A stretch of DNA of 64,000 nucleotides from Candidatus Woesearchaeota archaeon (GTDB taxonomy: Archaea > Nanobdellota > Nanobdellia > Woesearchaeales > JBJKQO01): NCBI GenBank assembly GCA_046705145.1, contig JBJKQO010000054.1:8199-72198 (forward strand). The letters are read 5' to 3'. Shown piece after piece: positions 18,982 to 28,203 of this stretch (position 1 is its first letter; each line of letters starts with the position of its first letter). Position numbers and translations under genes: made by a program. The notes beneath the pieces are model-generated. The model worked only from the letters and a program-made list of their open reading frames with translations, did no database searches and had not been told where the DNA came from.

Positions 18982-19461
18982 ATGGAAAGCAAAATGGTCG
19001 AAAGAAAAGACATTGCAGGACTTGCAGAAACATTAAGGAAGCAGGGGAAAAAGATTGTGACTACAAACGGCAGCTTTGACGTGATGCATGCAGGCCACAT
19101 GAGGTATCTTCAGAAGGCAAAGGAACAGGGTGATGTGCTTATAGTCGGGCTTAACAGCGACTCATCTATAAAGCAGAACAAGGGTGAGAACAGGCCTATA
19201 ATCCCCCAGGACCAGCGCGCGTTTATGCTTTCATCAATAGGGTTTGTCGATTATGTGGTTATATTTGAAGAGACTGACCCTAGGGCTCTTCTTTCAGAGA
19301 TCAAGCCTGACGTGCATGTAAACGGGGCTGAATATGGAGGAAAGTGCATCGAAGCTGAGACTGTAAAAAAGAACGGTGGCAGGCTTGTCCTTATCGAAAG
19401 AAGCGACGACCTGTCAACTACGGAGATAGTCAAGAGGATACTTAAAGTATATAAGGAATGA
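18982..19461 (+). CDS. RfaE/HldE domain II-like nucleotidyltransferase
   Basis: TNGSFDVMHAGH, GLNSDSS, KG..RP and STTEI motifs. Confidence 0.88.
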   Translation: MESKMVERKDIAGLAETLRKQGKKIVTTNGSFDVMHAGHMRYLQKAKEQGDVLIVGLNSDSSIKQNKGENRPIIPQDQRAFMLSSIGFVDYVVIFEETDPRALLSEIKPDVHVNGAEYGGKCIEAETVKKNGGRLVLIERSDDLSTTEIVKRILKVYKE

Positions 19462-19485
19462 ATTCTCATATTGTCTTATTTTGGA

Positions 19486-19560
19486 GGGCTTGCAGCTCAC
19501 CTTTCGAGCGCTGCTCTCGCACAGCAGAGGCGTCTCGGGCTTCAATTCCCGCCAAGTCCA
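19486..19560 (+). pseudogene. Degenerate tRNA-Ala(CGC)-like sequence
   Basis: Acceptor GGGCTTG/CAAGTCC with G3:U70 and A73; D-stem GCTC/GAGC; anticodon arm CTGCT-CTCGCAC-AGCAG. C at position 8, no D-loop GG, 8-nt T-loop and a T-stem mismatch. Confidence 0.75.
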
Positions 19561-19578
19561 TGATAAACCTAGGATAAA

Positions 19579-19620
19579 TTAACTACTTCTAAGTAGTTAA
19601 AAACCGAAAGGTTTATATAG
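19579..19620 (+). promoter_or_regulatory. Perfect palindrome plus BRE/TATA promoter
   Basis: TTAACTACTT-CT-AAGTAGTTAA (19579-19600), then GAAAGG-TTTATATA about 24 nt before ATG 19643. Confidence 0.65.
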
Positions 19621-19642
19621 TAGTTGTATGTTTGTTTTTAGT

Positions 19643-20122
19643 ATGGCAGAAGAAACTCTAGAAACAATCACCGAATCAGAAAAACCTGCAGTATTCCTAT
19701 TAGAAGATAATCCCAAAATTGCAGAAATAACAAGAGAGATTCTTGAAGGACATGGGTATCAAGTAGTTACCTGTTCGGATTATAAAAGTGCACATGAACA
19801 TCTTCTAAAAGGTCAAAATGGAGACAGGAATTTCCATGATTATGTGGCCTTCGTTTTAGATCATAACTTAACCCAAGATAGAAAAGAATCTGAAATTGAT
19901 CCTGATATGGTTTCTGGATCAGCTTTAGCTGCTTTTCTTTCAATATTAGGTGTAAAATCACAAAAGATAATTATCTATTCAGGAAGCTTGAATGGGAATA
20001 TAAGCTATTTAGCAAAAGAGTTAGGAATAAGATGCCTCCAAAAGCCAGCTAGCATGGAAGTGCTTGTAAAGGAAGTCAGATTATGCCACACAGAGGATAC
20101 GCCTGCTAAGCCCTATAACTAA
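19643..20122 (+). CDS. Stand-alone response regulator receiver (REC) domain protein
   Basis: LLEDN, phospho-acceptor VLDH, IYSG and QKP. Start placed at 19643 from the TATA spacing (ORF track 19628). Confidence 0.85.
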   Translation: MAEETLETITESEKPAVFLLEDNPKIAEITREILEGHGYQVVTCSDYKSAHEHLLKGQNGDRNFHDYVAFVLDHNLTQDRKESEIDPDMVSGSALAAFLSILGVKSQKIIIYSGSLNGNISYLAKELGIRCLQKPASMEVLVKEVRLCHTEDTPAKPYN

Positions 20123-20161
20123 ACCCAAAATAATATATACTTCATTTTCTTTGAGGGGTTT

Positions 20162-20446
20162 ATGGCTCAGGAAATGCTCAACTACGTGCTTTTCACTTAT
20201 AGGATAGATCATCTTGCGCAGAAGGACAAGGTGCTTTTCTATTATGCGCTTAAGGGGAGGGATGGCAAGGGGGGCATGCTTGCAAAGCCTGATGTCGTGC
20301 AGCTTGAGAGAGGGACTATACTTGTGCCTTTTTGCCTGGCAAAGGAGTTCGGGCAGTTCTTTGACTTCTGGAAGTGCAACTTCGACTCCAAGGACATGAA
20401 GGTGGATAAGTCTGAATTAAGGCAGTTCGCACACGATGCTCCTTAG
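20162..20446 (+). CDS. Small hypothetical protein
   Basis: 94-aa ORF with typical codon usage; the pattern loosely suggests a ferredoxin-like (Cas2/VapD-like) fold, unverified. Confidence 0.65.
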   Translation: MAQEMLNYVLFTYRIDHLAQKDKVLFYYALKGRDGKGGMLAKPDVVQLERGTILVPFCLAKEFGQFFDFWKCNFDSKDMKVDKSELRQFAHDAP

Positions 20447-21874
20447 CATGTGCTTCTTTACCTTCAGGTCATAGTACTTTCCTGTCTGAAGCCTTCCGTC
20501 CACTCCTACGATCAGGGGGTATGTTCCGATCTGCCTTCCGAAAGTGTGGTTGCCGTCGTATATCTCCATCCTGACATCTTTAAGCATTGTCCCTTCAGGA
20601 AGTATCTTTTTTAGCATCTGAAAGTCTATCTCTTCCCTTATCTTCTTCCGAAAAGAGAAATAATGCTTCTTGTTCTTGGATATGAACTTAGTCCCTGCTT
20701 CCTCGAAAAGCTTTGTCCCTGGAAATGGCACTACCTGCCTTATGTTTATCCTTCTCAGAAGAATGTTCTCATCAAGCATCTGCTTTAGAGCAAGATAGTT
20801 TTCCTCAAGCGTGCCTTTTGTCTCACCTATCAGGCCAAGTATCAGGTTTATCCCTGGAAGGAACCTTGGCATGCCGTTTTCTCCTCTTGCTGAACCGTAC
20901 TGGTTTATTATCTTCGCTGCCTTAAAGACAAGCTCAGGAGTGCAGTTGAGGTTGTTCTTTTTGGCTACTTCCTTGTCAAATGTTTCAGCGCCAAACGCTG
21001 CCACATTCCCCGGGGTGCAGTAGGTCACTATCGCTTTTGTTATCCTGTTGTCCTTGTCAGCTATGACATTTACTGGGTTGACATTGTCGATATGGAGGGT
21101 GGAAGGCGAGCAGCTGTCGCTTATCGCCTTTACCATCTCTGCTGCCTTCGGATGCGAGTAATAACAGCTTTGTTTTCCAAGACGAAAATGCCTTGCTCCT
21201 ATCTTGGAGAAAGCCAAAGCCTCAGAAAGTATGTCTTTTGCATCCCTGTATTCTGTCTTGTTTTTCAATGGTTCTGTGCAGAAGCTGCATCCTGTCTTCC
21301 TGCTGCAGCCTTTTCCTGTCTCAAGCTCAATAACCCTGATGTCAGGTATCTGGCTGAGTATGCCTGCGCCCCTGATGGCATAGGAGGCGATCTCGCTGTA
21401 GCTAAAATCATAATCTTTTACCTCATCAAAGAAGTCAGTTGTCTTTTCTATCTGCTTGCCGCCGTGAAGCTGGGTGCCGTAGACTGCAGGTCCTGTAAGG
21501 GTTATCTTAGCCTTTGTCTTAAGCGCCTTAAGAAGCCTTTCCACCTCACCAAGTGTCCCTGGGATCGCAGAGAGGTATTTTCCAGGCGTGTGGACCCCAA
21601 GCACTATTATTATCTCATCTGATGACCCTAAGATCTTTTTTGCGTTGCTGAAGTTCTTTGTCAGGTTATAGACAGAGATGTCTGTCTTCATGCTCTTTTT
21701 GACCTCTTTTGGAGCTATGCTGCCGTGCTTCACGCAAAGCCGAAGGTCATCGACTGTGAGGTAATAAGGCATGTCTTTTAGGCTTCCTGCGATATACCTC
21801 GGATACGTGCCCAGATAAGGCGGGACGCCAAGCCCTGCAGGCTCATCAGTATAGCAGTCAAGTATGGTTATCAT
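20417..21874 (-). CDS. Archaeal radical SAM protein with TRAM-like C-terminus
   Basis: DEPAGLGVPPY N-terminal motif, CxxxxxCxxC (GCSRKTGCSFC), NIRQV and GRQIGTYP. ATG at 21874. Confidence 0.85.
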   Translation of the reverse strand: MITILDCYTDEPAGLGVPPYLGTYPRYIAGSLKDMPYYLTVDDLRLCVKHGSIAPKEVKKSMKTDISVYNLTKNFSNAKKILGSSDEIIIVLGVHTPGKYLSAIPGTLGEVERLLKALKTKAKITLTGPAVYGTQLHGGKQIEKTTDFFDEVKDYDFSYSEIASYAIRGAGILSQIPDIRVIELETGKGCSRKTGCSFCTEPLKNKTEYRDAKDILSEALAFSKIGARHFRLGKQSCYYSHPKAAEMVKAISDSCSPSTLHIDNVNPVNVIADKDNRITKAIVTYCTPGNVAAFGAETFDKEVAKKNNLNCTPELVFKAAKIINQYGSARGENGMPRFLPGINLILGLIGETKGTLEENYLALKQMLDENILLRRINIRQVVPFPGTKLFEEAGTKFISKNKKHYFSFRKKIREEIDFQMLKKILPEGTMLKDVRMEIYDGNHTFGRQIGTYPLIVGVDGRLQTGKYYDLKVKKHMLRSIVCELP

Positions 21875-21937
21875 AATAAATACTGTATAATCCAAATATA
21901 TTTAAATAATTATGTCATATTCAGGTATAGAAGGGGG

Positions 21938-22339
21938 ATGAAAAAAGAGATAACTGTCAGGACTTCAGGCCGCCAGCACATAGTTGAGATAAGCGGCAAG
22001 GTGAGGGAGATAGTGAGATCGTCAGGTGTAAGAAGCGGGATCTGTATCGTGTACACCCCTCACTCGACAGCAGCGGTCCTGATAAACGAGAACTATGATC
22101 CCGATGTCATGCTTGACATAATAGAATCATTAAGCACCCTTGTGCCTCACGGAAAGTGGAGGCATGACAGGGTCGATAACAACTCAGATGCCCACATAAA
22201 ATCATCGATAATCGGCCCAAGCGAGACCCTGATAATAGAAGAAGGGGAGATACTGCTTGGGCAGTGGCAGGATATCTGCCTTGCAGACTTTGACGGCCCA
22301 AAGACAAGAAAAATAATAGTAAAGATCATACAAGGCTAA
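21938..22339 (+). CDS. YjbQ family protein (UPF0047)
   Basis: PHSTAAVLINEN.DPDV, N.DAHIKS and LGQWQ.I...DFDGP motifs. Confidence 0.93.
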   Translation: MKKEITVRTSGRQHIVEISGKVREIVRSSGVRSGICIVYTPHSTAAVLINENYDPDVMLDIIESLSTLVPHGKWRHDRVDNNSDAHIKSSIIGPSETLIIEEGEILLGQWQDICLADFDGPKTRKIIVKIIQG

Positions 22340-22356
22340 AAAAAGGTGAAACCAAG

Positions 22357-22827
22357 ATGCAGTGCGACATGTGCGGACAGGAGCTTGAGGTGTTGTTTCT
22401 TACAGAGATCGAAGGCACAAAACTTAACGTGTGCAAGAACTGCTCAAGATACGGCAAGATCATAAAGAGCGTTTCTGAAAGGGTTGAGCAGGAAAAGAAG
22501 AAGTTTGCTGAGAAGTTCACGAAGCCCAGCCAGCCTGAGCTGATAGAATATATAGTGCCTGACTACTCAAGGAGGGTCAGGGCAGCGCGTGAGAAGCTTG
22601 GCATGATGCAGGAGGCGTTCGCAAAGAAGATCAGCGAGAAGGAGTCGCTTCTGAACAAGATAGAGAGAGGGAGCATGGAACCCTCGATCCCTCTTGCAAA
22701 AAAGCTTGAGAAGATACTTGGCATAAAGCTTATCGATGTCTACGAATCAGGAGAGGAGAAGCCAAAAGCAAGGGGCGCTTCAGAAGGGCTTACAATAGGG
22801 GATATTATTAAGGTCAGGAAATCTTAA
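22357..22827 (+). CDS. mbf1: Archaeal multiprotein bridging factor 1 (TIGR00270 family)
   Basis: Zn ribbon CDMCG...VCKNC, HTH, C-terminal LTIGDII. Confidence 0.95.
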   Translation: MQCDMCGQELEVLFLTEIEGTKLNVCKNCSRYGKIIKSVSERVEQEKKKFAEKFTKPSQPELIEYIVPDYSRRVRAAREKLGMMQEAFAKKISEKESLLNKIERGSMEPSIPLAKKLEKILGIKLIDVYESGEEKPKARGASEGLTIGDIIKVRKS

Positions 22828-24205
22828 AATCATCAAAATATGCTCCCCCTCCTAATACTCCTTTTAGGACTTCTTTTTCGCGGGGAAGGTAAAAAAGCTG
22901 CCTTATCCTGTGGCCGTGAAATCCGCCTCTTGGTGTGAGATGTATCCTCCCATCTGTCTCTGCAATCAAGTCATGCTGTTTTAGGTCAAAAAGCAGCTTT
23001 CCGTATTGCACTTCTGGCTCCTCTCCAAAAATCCTTAAGTATTCAGCTCTGCTTACACCTTCAAAGAAGAACAGTCCCATCACAAAGCGCCTTGCCTTAA
23101 GTTCTTCGGGAGTTAGGATCTTGCCTCGATCAATCGGAAGAACTCCTTTTGATACGTCTTCAAAATATTTGTTCAGGTTACGATGATTAAATAAAGATAT
23201 GCCTTGTATATAACTGTAAGAGGCAAGGCCTATCCCAAGAAGGTTGCAGTGGTCTCTCCATTTGCGTTTCTGGTGTATCTGGTCAAATCCTGGCTTGACA
23301 AATGCGCCTTCTTCAATAGGGGTATAGCCTGACCCGACAAACATGTTCCAGGCCATCAGGTGCATCTGAAGTGTTTTATCCGGATAAGGAACCTGGTGAC
23401 GCAGATCCCAAAAAGGAGTGCCTTGCTTTATGCGAAGCTGATGTATGGTGATGGATTCGGGGGATAACGCCAATGTTTGCTCTAATGTCGATTCCCATTG
23501 CCTCATGGTCTGGGTCGGAAGACCGTAGATCAGGTCCATATTTATGATTTTGATTCCAGCTTCTCTGCAGTTTTCAACCGCTATTTTTGCTTGTTCAGAA
23601 CTGTGTGTGCGGTTGCAAAGATTGAGAAGGATATCATCAAAAGATTGTACTCCTATACTTATCCGATCTGCTCCGCAACTGAGGATCTCCTCTATCTTTG
23701 ACTTGCCAATAGTCCCTATCAGATCGATTGGGTTAGCTTCAACAGTAAACTCATCATAAGTTTGGTTACTTGCAGGACGAAATATTTTTTCTGTTAGAGG
23801 GAGAAGTAATGATCTAAGATCAAATCCTAAAAGGGAAGGAGTACCTCCTCCAACATACATTGTCTCTAATGGGATAGGAATAACCTTCCCTCCTGGGTTA
23901 AGTGTTCTGCTCCACATCATGGCTTCAGCCAGGACAGCTTGAGTATACTTTTTCAATAATTCGCGATTGTGATCTGATGTGCGGGTATAGTGACAGAAGC
24001 CGCAACTGTCTGCACAAAAAGGGATTTGGATGTAACCCTGCAGCCCTCCAACTGGTGCTGCTATCCTCCCAATAATAATTCCTCCAAACATTTCAGGCAA
24101 CCAGATTGGAGGGGGATAATTAAAGATATAATCATGATTCCATGGACTGGTTTCCCTCATATATCTTGTGCGTACATCATCTGAAGTTAGGTGTTTTGTG
24201 AACAT
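22814..24205 (-). CDS. HemN/HemW-like radical SAM protein
   Basis: YIQIPFCADSCGFC, YVGGGTPS, RISIGVQSF, DLIYGLP and GIGLAS. Start likely ATG 24205 (ORF track 24307). Confidence 0.85.
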   Translation of the reverse strand: MFTKHLTSDDVRTRYMRETSPWNHDYIFNYPPPIWLPEMFGGIIIGRIAAPVGGLQGYIQIPFCADSCGFCHYTRTSDHNRELLKKYTQAVLAEAMMWSRTLNPGGKVIPIPLETMYVGGGTPSLLGFDLRSLLLPLTEKIFRPASNQTYDEFTVEANPIDLIGTIGKSKIEEILSCGADRISIGVQSFDDILLNLCNRTHSSEQAKIAVENCREAGIKIINMDLIYGLPTQTMRQWESTLEQTLALSPESITIHQLRIKQGTPFWDLRHQVPYPDKTLQMHLMAWNMFVGSGYTPIEEGAFVKPGFDQIHQKRKWRDHCNLLGIGLASYSYIQGISLFNHRNLNKYFEDVSKGVLPIDRGKILTPEELKARRFVMGLFFFEGVSRAEYLRIFGEEPEVQYGKLLFDLKQHDLIAETDGRIHLTPRGGFHGHRIRQLFYLPREKEVLKGVLGGGAYFDDFKIS

Positions 24206-24307
24206 TTTATTACTTTTGTGGAATAACCGGATCAAATTTAAAATAATGTCATCATAAATATTATGACAATAACAAAATTTATAAGCTTGGAGTGATTCTT
24301 CTGGCAT

Positions 24308-25057
24308 ATGGAAAGCGAACTGGAAAGGATAGGCCTCACGAAAAACGAGAGCAAGGTATACCTTGCGCTTCTAGAGCTGGGATTATCCTCTGCAAAACCG
24401 ATAATCGAGAAGGTAAACATGCACAGGCAGCAGGTATATGATGCGCTTGACTCGCTTATGGAAAAAGGCCTTGTGTCATATGTGGTCCAGGCGAACAGGA
24501 AGCATTTTCGGGCAGAAGATCCTGGCGAGTTCCTGCAGTATTTCAACTCCAGAAAAGAAGAGATCGAAAGACAGGAAAAAGAGTTCAGGCAGATGCTTCC
24601 AAGGCTTGAGGCTGCAAGAGAAGAAGGCAAGGAAGAGCATGAAGCGACGATATTTAAAGGTTACAAGGGGATCAAGTCATTGCTTGATGATATGCTCAAG
24701 GAAAAAGGTGAGATCTTGACGATCGGCGCTTCTGACACAAAAGCAGAATCATTCCAGTATAACCTTAAGTTCAACCTTCCGATATTTCACAAGGTCAGGG
24801 AAGAGAAAAAGATACATTACAGGATCCTGTTCAGCGAGGAGATGAAGGGCCGTGCGAAAGAGCTCGGCGGGCTTAGGTATACTCAAGTAAGGACGCTTCC
24901 AAAAGCGTTCACTTCAAACTCGTCCACAAACATCTATGGGAACAATACCTCTATAATCATCTGGGGCAAAGAGCCTTTTGGCATACTCATCAGGAGCAAG
25001 GACATAGCGGAAGCGCAGAGGAAGCACTTTGAGATGCTGTGGAAGATCGGGAAATGA
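24308..25057 (+). CDS. TrmB family transcriptional regulator
   Basis: GLTKNESKVYLALL wHTH, Y..L..L.EKGLV, effector-binding C-terminus. Confidence 0.92.
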   Translation: MESELERIGLTKNESKVYLALLELGLSSAKPIIEKVNMHRQQVYDALDSLMEKGLVSYVVQANRKHFRAEDPGEFLQYFNSRKEEIERQEKEFRQMLPRLEAAREEGKEEHEATIFKGYKGIKSLLDDMLKEKGEILTIGASDTKAESFQYNLKFNLPIFHKVREEKKIHYRILFSEEMKGRAKELGGLRYTQVRTLPKAFTSNSSTNIYGNNTSIIIWGKEPFGILIRSKDIAEAQRKHFEMLWKIGK

Positions 25058-25120
25058 TAAACCCCCACATAGTAGTCACTAAAAGAAAAGTTTAAAAAAG
25101 AATTTCTACCCCTTTCACTT

Positions 25121-25735
25121 ATGCCAAAACAAGCAGCACTTGAAGATACTTTGGATTATCCTCATGTAGTCAAGCTTCCAGGGCTTAACATATCTAGAAA
25201 AATCATCAGAATCTTCCCAAATACTAATCCAGGATATCCTCTGGGCTGGAAAGAAGTTGATTCGGCCACACCTTGTGCAGATTCGCTCATTGTAGCAGGA
25301 GATCTAGCAGAAAGGATGCTGGAATTTTTGGATGTTGGTATTTTAGGGGCAGCTGAGAGTTCAGCATATCTAGAAGGGTCTAACTGCCATGGGGCTGCAT
25401 TGTACGTAACTGGGGTGGCTGACGAAATAATATGGGTAAATGCTAGAATGATCCATCCATTTTACCAACATAAAAATGGAAAATTAAGATACTATGACCA
25501 GTCCCCCCCTGTTATAGTACATTTTATGACTAGAGGATTTGATATCAAGAAGGGTCCAAGTTTTGATGGATACGCCCACCATAGTGCTGTCATTTTAGGG
25601 CAAATAAATGGAGAAGCTGTTTGTTTTGAAAAAGATAGTGAATCACCTGCAAGAATCATGTTTCTAAGAAATGTAGAAAAAGAATGGATGAGAAGATACG
25701 GGATCGAAGACCTCTTTTTTGTTAAGCCATGCTAA
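25121..25735 (+). CDS. Hypothetical protein, possible papain-like Cys-His fold
   Basis: SNCHG...HHSAVILG...FEK spacing; own BRE/TATA at about 25081-25099. Confidence 0.65.
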   Translation: MPKQAALEDTLDYPHVVKLPGLNISRKIIRIFPNTNPGYPLGWKEVDSATPCADSLIVAGDLAERMLEFLDVGILGAAESSAYLEGSNCHGAALYVTGVADEIIWVNARMIHPFYQHKNGKLRYYDQSPPVIVHFMTRGFDIKKGPSFDGYAHHSAVILGQINGEAVCFEKDSESPARIMFLRNVEKEWMRRYGIEDLFFVKPC

Positions 25736-25765
25736 TGATTATGAGAATTGGTAGCTGAATACTAT

Positions 25766-26629
25766 TCAAAAATAAACAACCCAGCCCATGGCAAGAAGGT
25801 AGAGTGCAGTATTGACCACAAATAAGCTGTTTCTGAATATCCCCAAAGGATAAGCCCCTATACTGCTGTCTTTTTTAGCTGATCTTAGGTATTCCCAGAC
25901 CCCTAAGATGACAAAAACTGACGTGAAGACTATCTCTTTTTTCTGGATGCTAAAAAGCGAGAAGCTTATGTAGCTCAGTATGACAAGAGCGGATGATATA
26001 TGCATTCCGGCAAGGGTGCTTTTCTCGGTGTAGTATCTAAGTGATATCCTATGCGAAGATGCTTTTCCCTTAAGCGTCCTCAGCTCTGAGTTCCTTTTTG
26101 CGAATCCAAGGAGCATGGCAAGGAAGAAAGGGCAAAGCACAAGCCAGGGTGAGATCCATACTGATATAGCAAGCGCTCCTGCAACCGCCCTTATCACGAA
26201 GTTGATGGAGATTACTGAGACGTCCATCACAGGTATGTTTTTCAATACTAGCGAGTACAGCAGAGATAAGAGGAAATATGCTGCTGTCGCGAGGAACAAT
26301 CCTTTGGATACAGAAAAGGAAAGGAAGAGGGATATCACAAGAAGTATGAACGACAGTACAAGTGCCTGGTGAGGCATGATCTTTCCTGAGGCGATGGGCC
26401 TGTTTTTCTTTTTTGGGTCGAGCTTATCGTTTTTCCTGTCTATTATGTCATTTATCAGGTATCCTGAAGAGGAGATTAGGCAGAACACTGCAAATGCGCA
26501 AGACGAGTAGAAGAGCATGCTCTTATCAAGAAGGTTTCCTGAGAAGATGATCGCAAGGAACAATACGAGGTTCTTGTACCATTGCTGGGGCCTCATAAGC
26601 GATATGTAATCCTTGATCATTTTTTCCAC
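25766..26629 (-). CDS. UbiA-family prenyltransferase, decaprenyl-phosphate phosphoribosyltransferase-like
   Basis: MRPQQWYKN, YLINDIID...D..DP.KK.RPIASG, YS..LK and KR..EL motifs. Confidence 0.9.
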   Translation of the reverse strand: MEKMIKDYISLMRPQQWYKNLVLFLAIIFSGNLLDKSMLFYSSCAFAVFCLISSSGYLINDIIDRKNDKLDPKKKNRPIASGKIMPHQALVLSFILLVISLFLSFSVSKGLFLATAAYFLLSLLYSLVLKNIPVMDVSVISINFVIRAVAGALAISVWISPWLVLCPFFLAMLLGFAKRNSELRTLKGKASSHRISLRYYTEKSTLAGMHISSALVILSYISFSLFSIQKKEIVFTSVFVILGVWEYLRSAKKDSSIGAYPLGIFRNSLFVVNTALYLLAMGWVVYF

Positions 26630-26633
26630 TCAT

Positions 26634-26772
26634 TTGAATCAGTAGAAAAAGTCCTACTTCGCTGACAATGTCAGTATACTTGCGTATACAAGCCTTGTCA
26701 GCTCCGTCGGGCCATGCCATGAATGTCCTAAGGACATTAATGGCATTCATGGCACCGACGTACTTTTTCTAC
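26634..26772. mobile_element. Modular MITE-like palindromic element, copy 2
   Basis: Inverted repeat AGTAGAAAAAGT/ACTTTTTCTACT; 13-bp exact direct repeat TTTTTCCACTCAT (26621-26633/26773-26785); blocks A 26647-26666, B 26697-26716, C 26748-26768. Confidence 0.85.
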
Positions 26773-28193
26773 TTTTTCCACTCATAAATATAGTAAAAGC
26801 ACCCTCTCTGGGAGCTATTGTAGACAAGATTAAAATCCTGGCTGATATATGAGATCAATCCTTCTTCTGCCTGCTCGCAGGAAAGGTCATCCAGCGGGCA
26901 TATCAGGCCTCCTGCGCAGTTGTCAAGGAAAACGTACTGGACATTGCCCTTGTTCTGCTGTATGTAAGAAGTAAACCTAAGCGCTACTTCGCTGTTAAAG
27001 ACAGAGTAATAAAGCGGGATGAGCCTTGCGTCAGTGTACACTCCAGGATATGGGCTTGCTGCTATGACCTCGCCGCTCACTTCTTTTCCGAGCAGGAACC
27101 TGTTGTAAGCATGAGAGAGCGGCTCAGGGCTTGAAAGCTCATTATTGATGTAATATGCCATCGATGTTGCAAGCGATATGAGAGAGATCATGACAACAGC
27201 CTTTGAAAAGTGCCTGTTCTTTACAGATAATGATACGCCGTAAGCTGCTGTCATCGCAGCAAAAGGAAGGAACATTATCATGTACCTGTAATCCCTGCAG
27301 TGCATCTGCGAGAAATATATGAGCGGAAGCAGGAAGGATAGCATAATAACTGCCTTTTTCCTGCCAATCTTCCTAAAGTTTCTGGCAGAGAAATAAATCG
27401 CAGGAACCGCCATCAGGTAGAACACGTTCTCCCTAAGGAGGTAGTATGCGTAAAAGTACCATGGCTTGTAGAACAGGACGTTGCAGCCCATCACTTTTTT
27501 TATGACATATGATGCGTCTATGAGCGGACCGAAAAAAGAGCCGTGAAAAATATTGTTAAAAATAAGGTAAGGCAGGATTGAGGCTGCTGCTCCAAGAACA
27601 AGGTATGATGCGCTTAAAACATGATCCTTAGTGAGTTTCCTCTTCTCGATAAGGCTAAGAAGAAAATAAAAAGCGATGAGGACGAAGAATATCCCTGATG
27701 TGAACTTTGTCACAAAAGCAAGTCCCATGAAAAGCCCTGAAAGAAAGTTCTTTTCCTTGAAAAGGAAGTAGAACGAGATCAGCACGAACACCAAGGAAGG
27801 TATCTCCGTGTAGATCCTAAATCCCATGAAGAAAAATATCGATGAGAATGACACAAGTATCGAGGATATGATGGCCGTCTTCTTGTCAAAGACCTTCTCT
27901 GCGATGATATATGTCAGGAAGACTGCTGCAAGCGAGAACAAGATCTCAAAAAGCCTTCCAAAAAACAATATCGGAAGCCCCATCTTCCATACTGCTCCAA
28001 GAAGGATAGGCACTATCACCGGCCTTATCGGCTCCATTAGTCCTGATGCTCCTCCTGAAAAAAGGTATTTTCCTATGTCCACGTAGACTGCTGAGTCCCA
28101 CCACACAAGGTGGAAATCAAAGAATAATATCAGCCTGATAGCTGCTGAGATGATGAGTATCAGCAGCAGCGGATTTTTTGTTATCTTGTTCAT
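26769..28193 (-). CDS. GT-C fold glycosyltransferase (GT39/PMT/ArnT-like)
   Basis: WWDSAVY loop, EPIRP, many TM helices, YTEIP, AFVTKF and RY motifs. Confidence 0.85.
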   Translation of the reverse strand: MNKITKNPLLLILIISAAIRLILFFDFHLVWWDSAVYVDIGKYLFSGGASGLMEPIRPVIVPILLGAVWKMGLPILFFGRLFEILFSLAAVFLTYIIAEKVFDKKTAIISSILVSFSSIFFFMGFRIYTEIPSLVFVLISFYFLFKEKNFLSGLFMGLAFVTKFTSGIFFVLIAFYFLLSLIEKRKLTKDHVLSASYLVLGAAASILPYLIFNNIFHGSFFGPLIDASYVIKKVMGCNVLFYKPWYFYAYYLLRENVFYLMAVPAIYFSARNFRKIGRKKAVIMLSFLLPLIYFSQMHCRDYRYMIMFLPFAAMTAAYGVSLSVKNRHFSKAVVMISLISLATSMAYYINNELSSPEPLSHAYNRFLLGKEVSGEVIAASPYPGVYTDARLIPLYYSVFNSEVALRFTSYIQQNKGNVQYVFLDNCAGGLICPLDDLSCEQAEEGLISYISQDFNLVYNSSQRGCFYYIYEWKK

Positions 28194-28203
28194 CTTGATC
28201 TTA

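Noticed and set aside
20162-20446. Cas2 call
   Set aside because: Only a vague fold resemblance; no Cas1 or array nearby.
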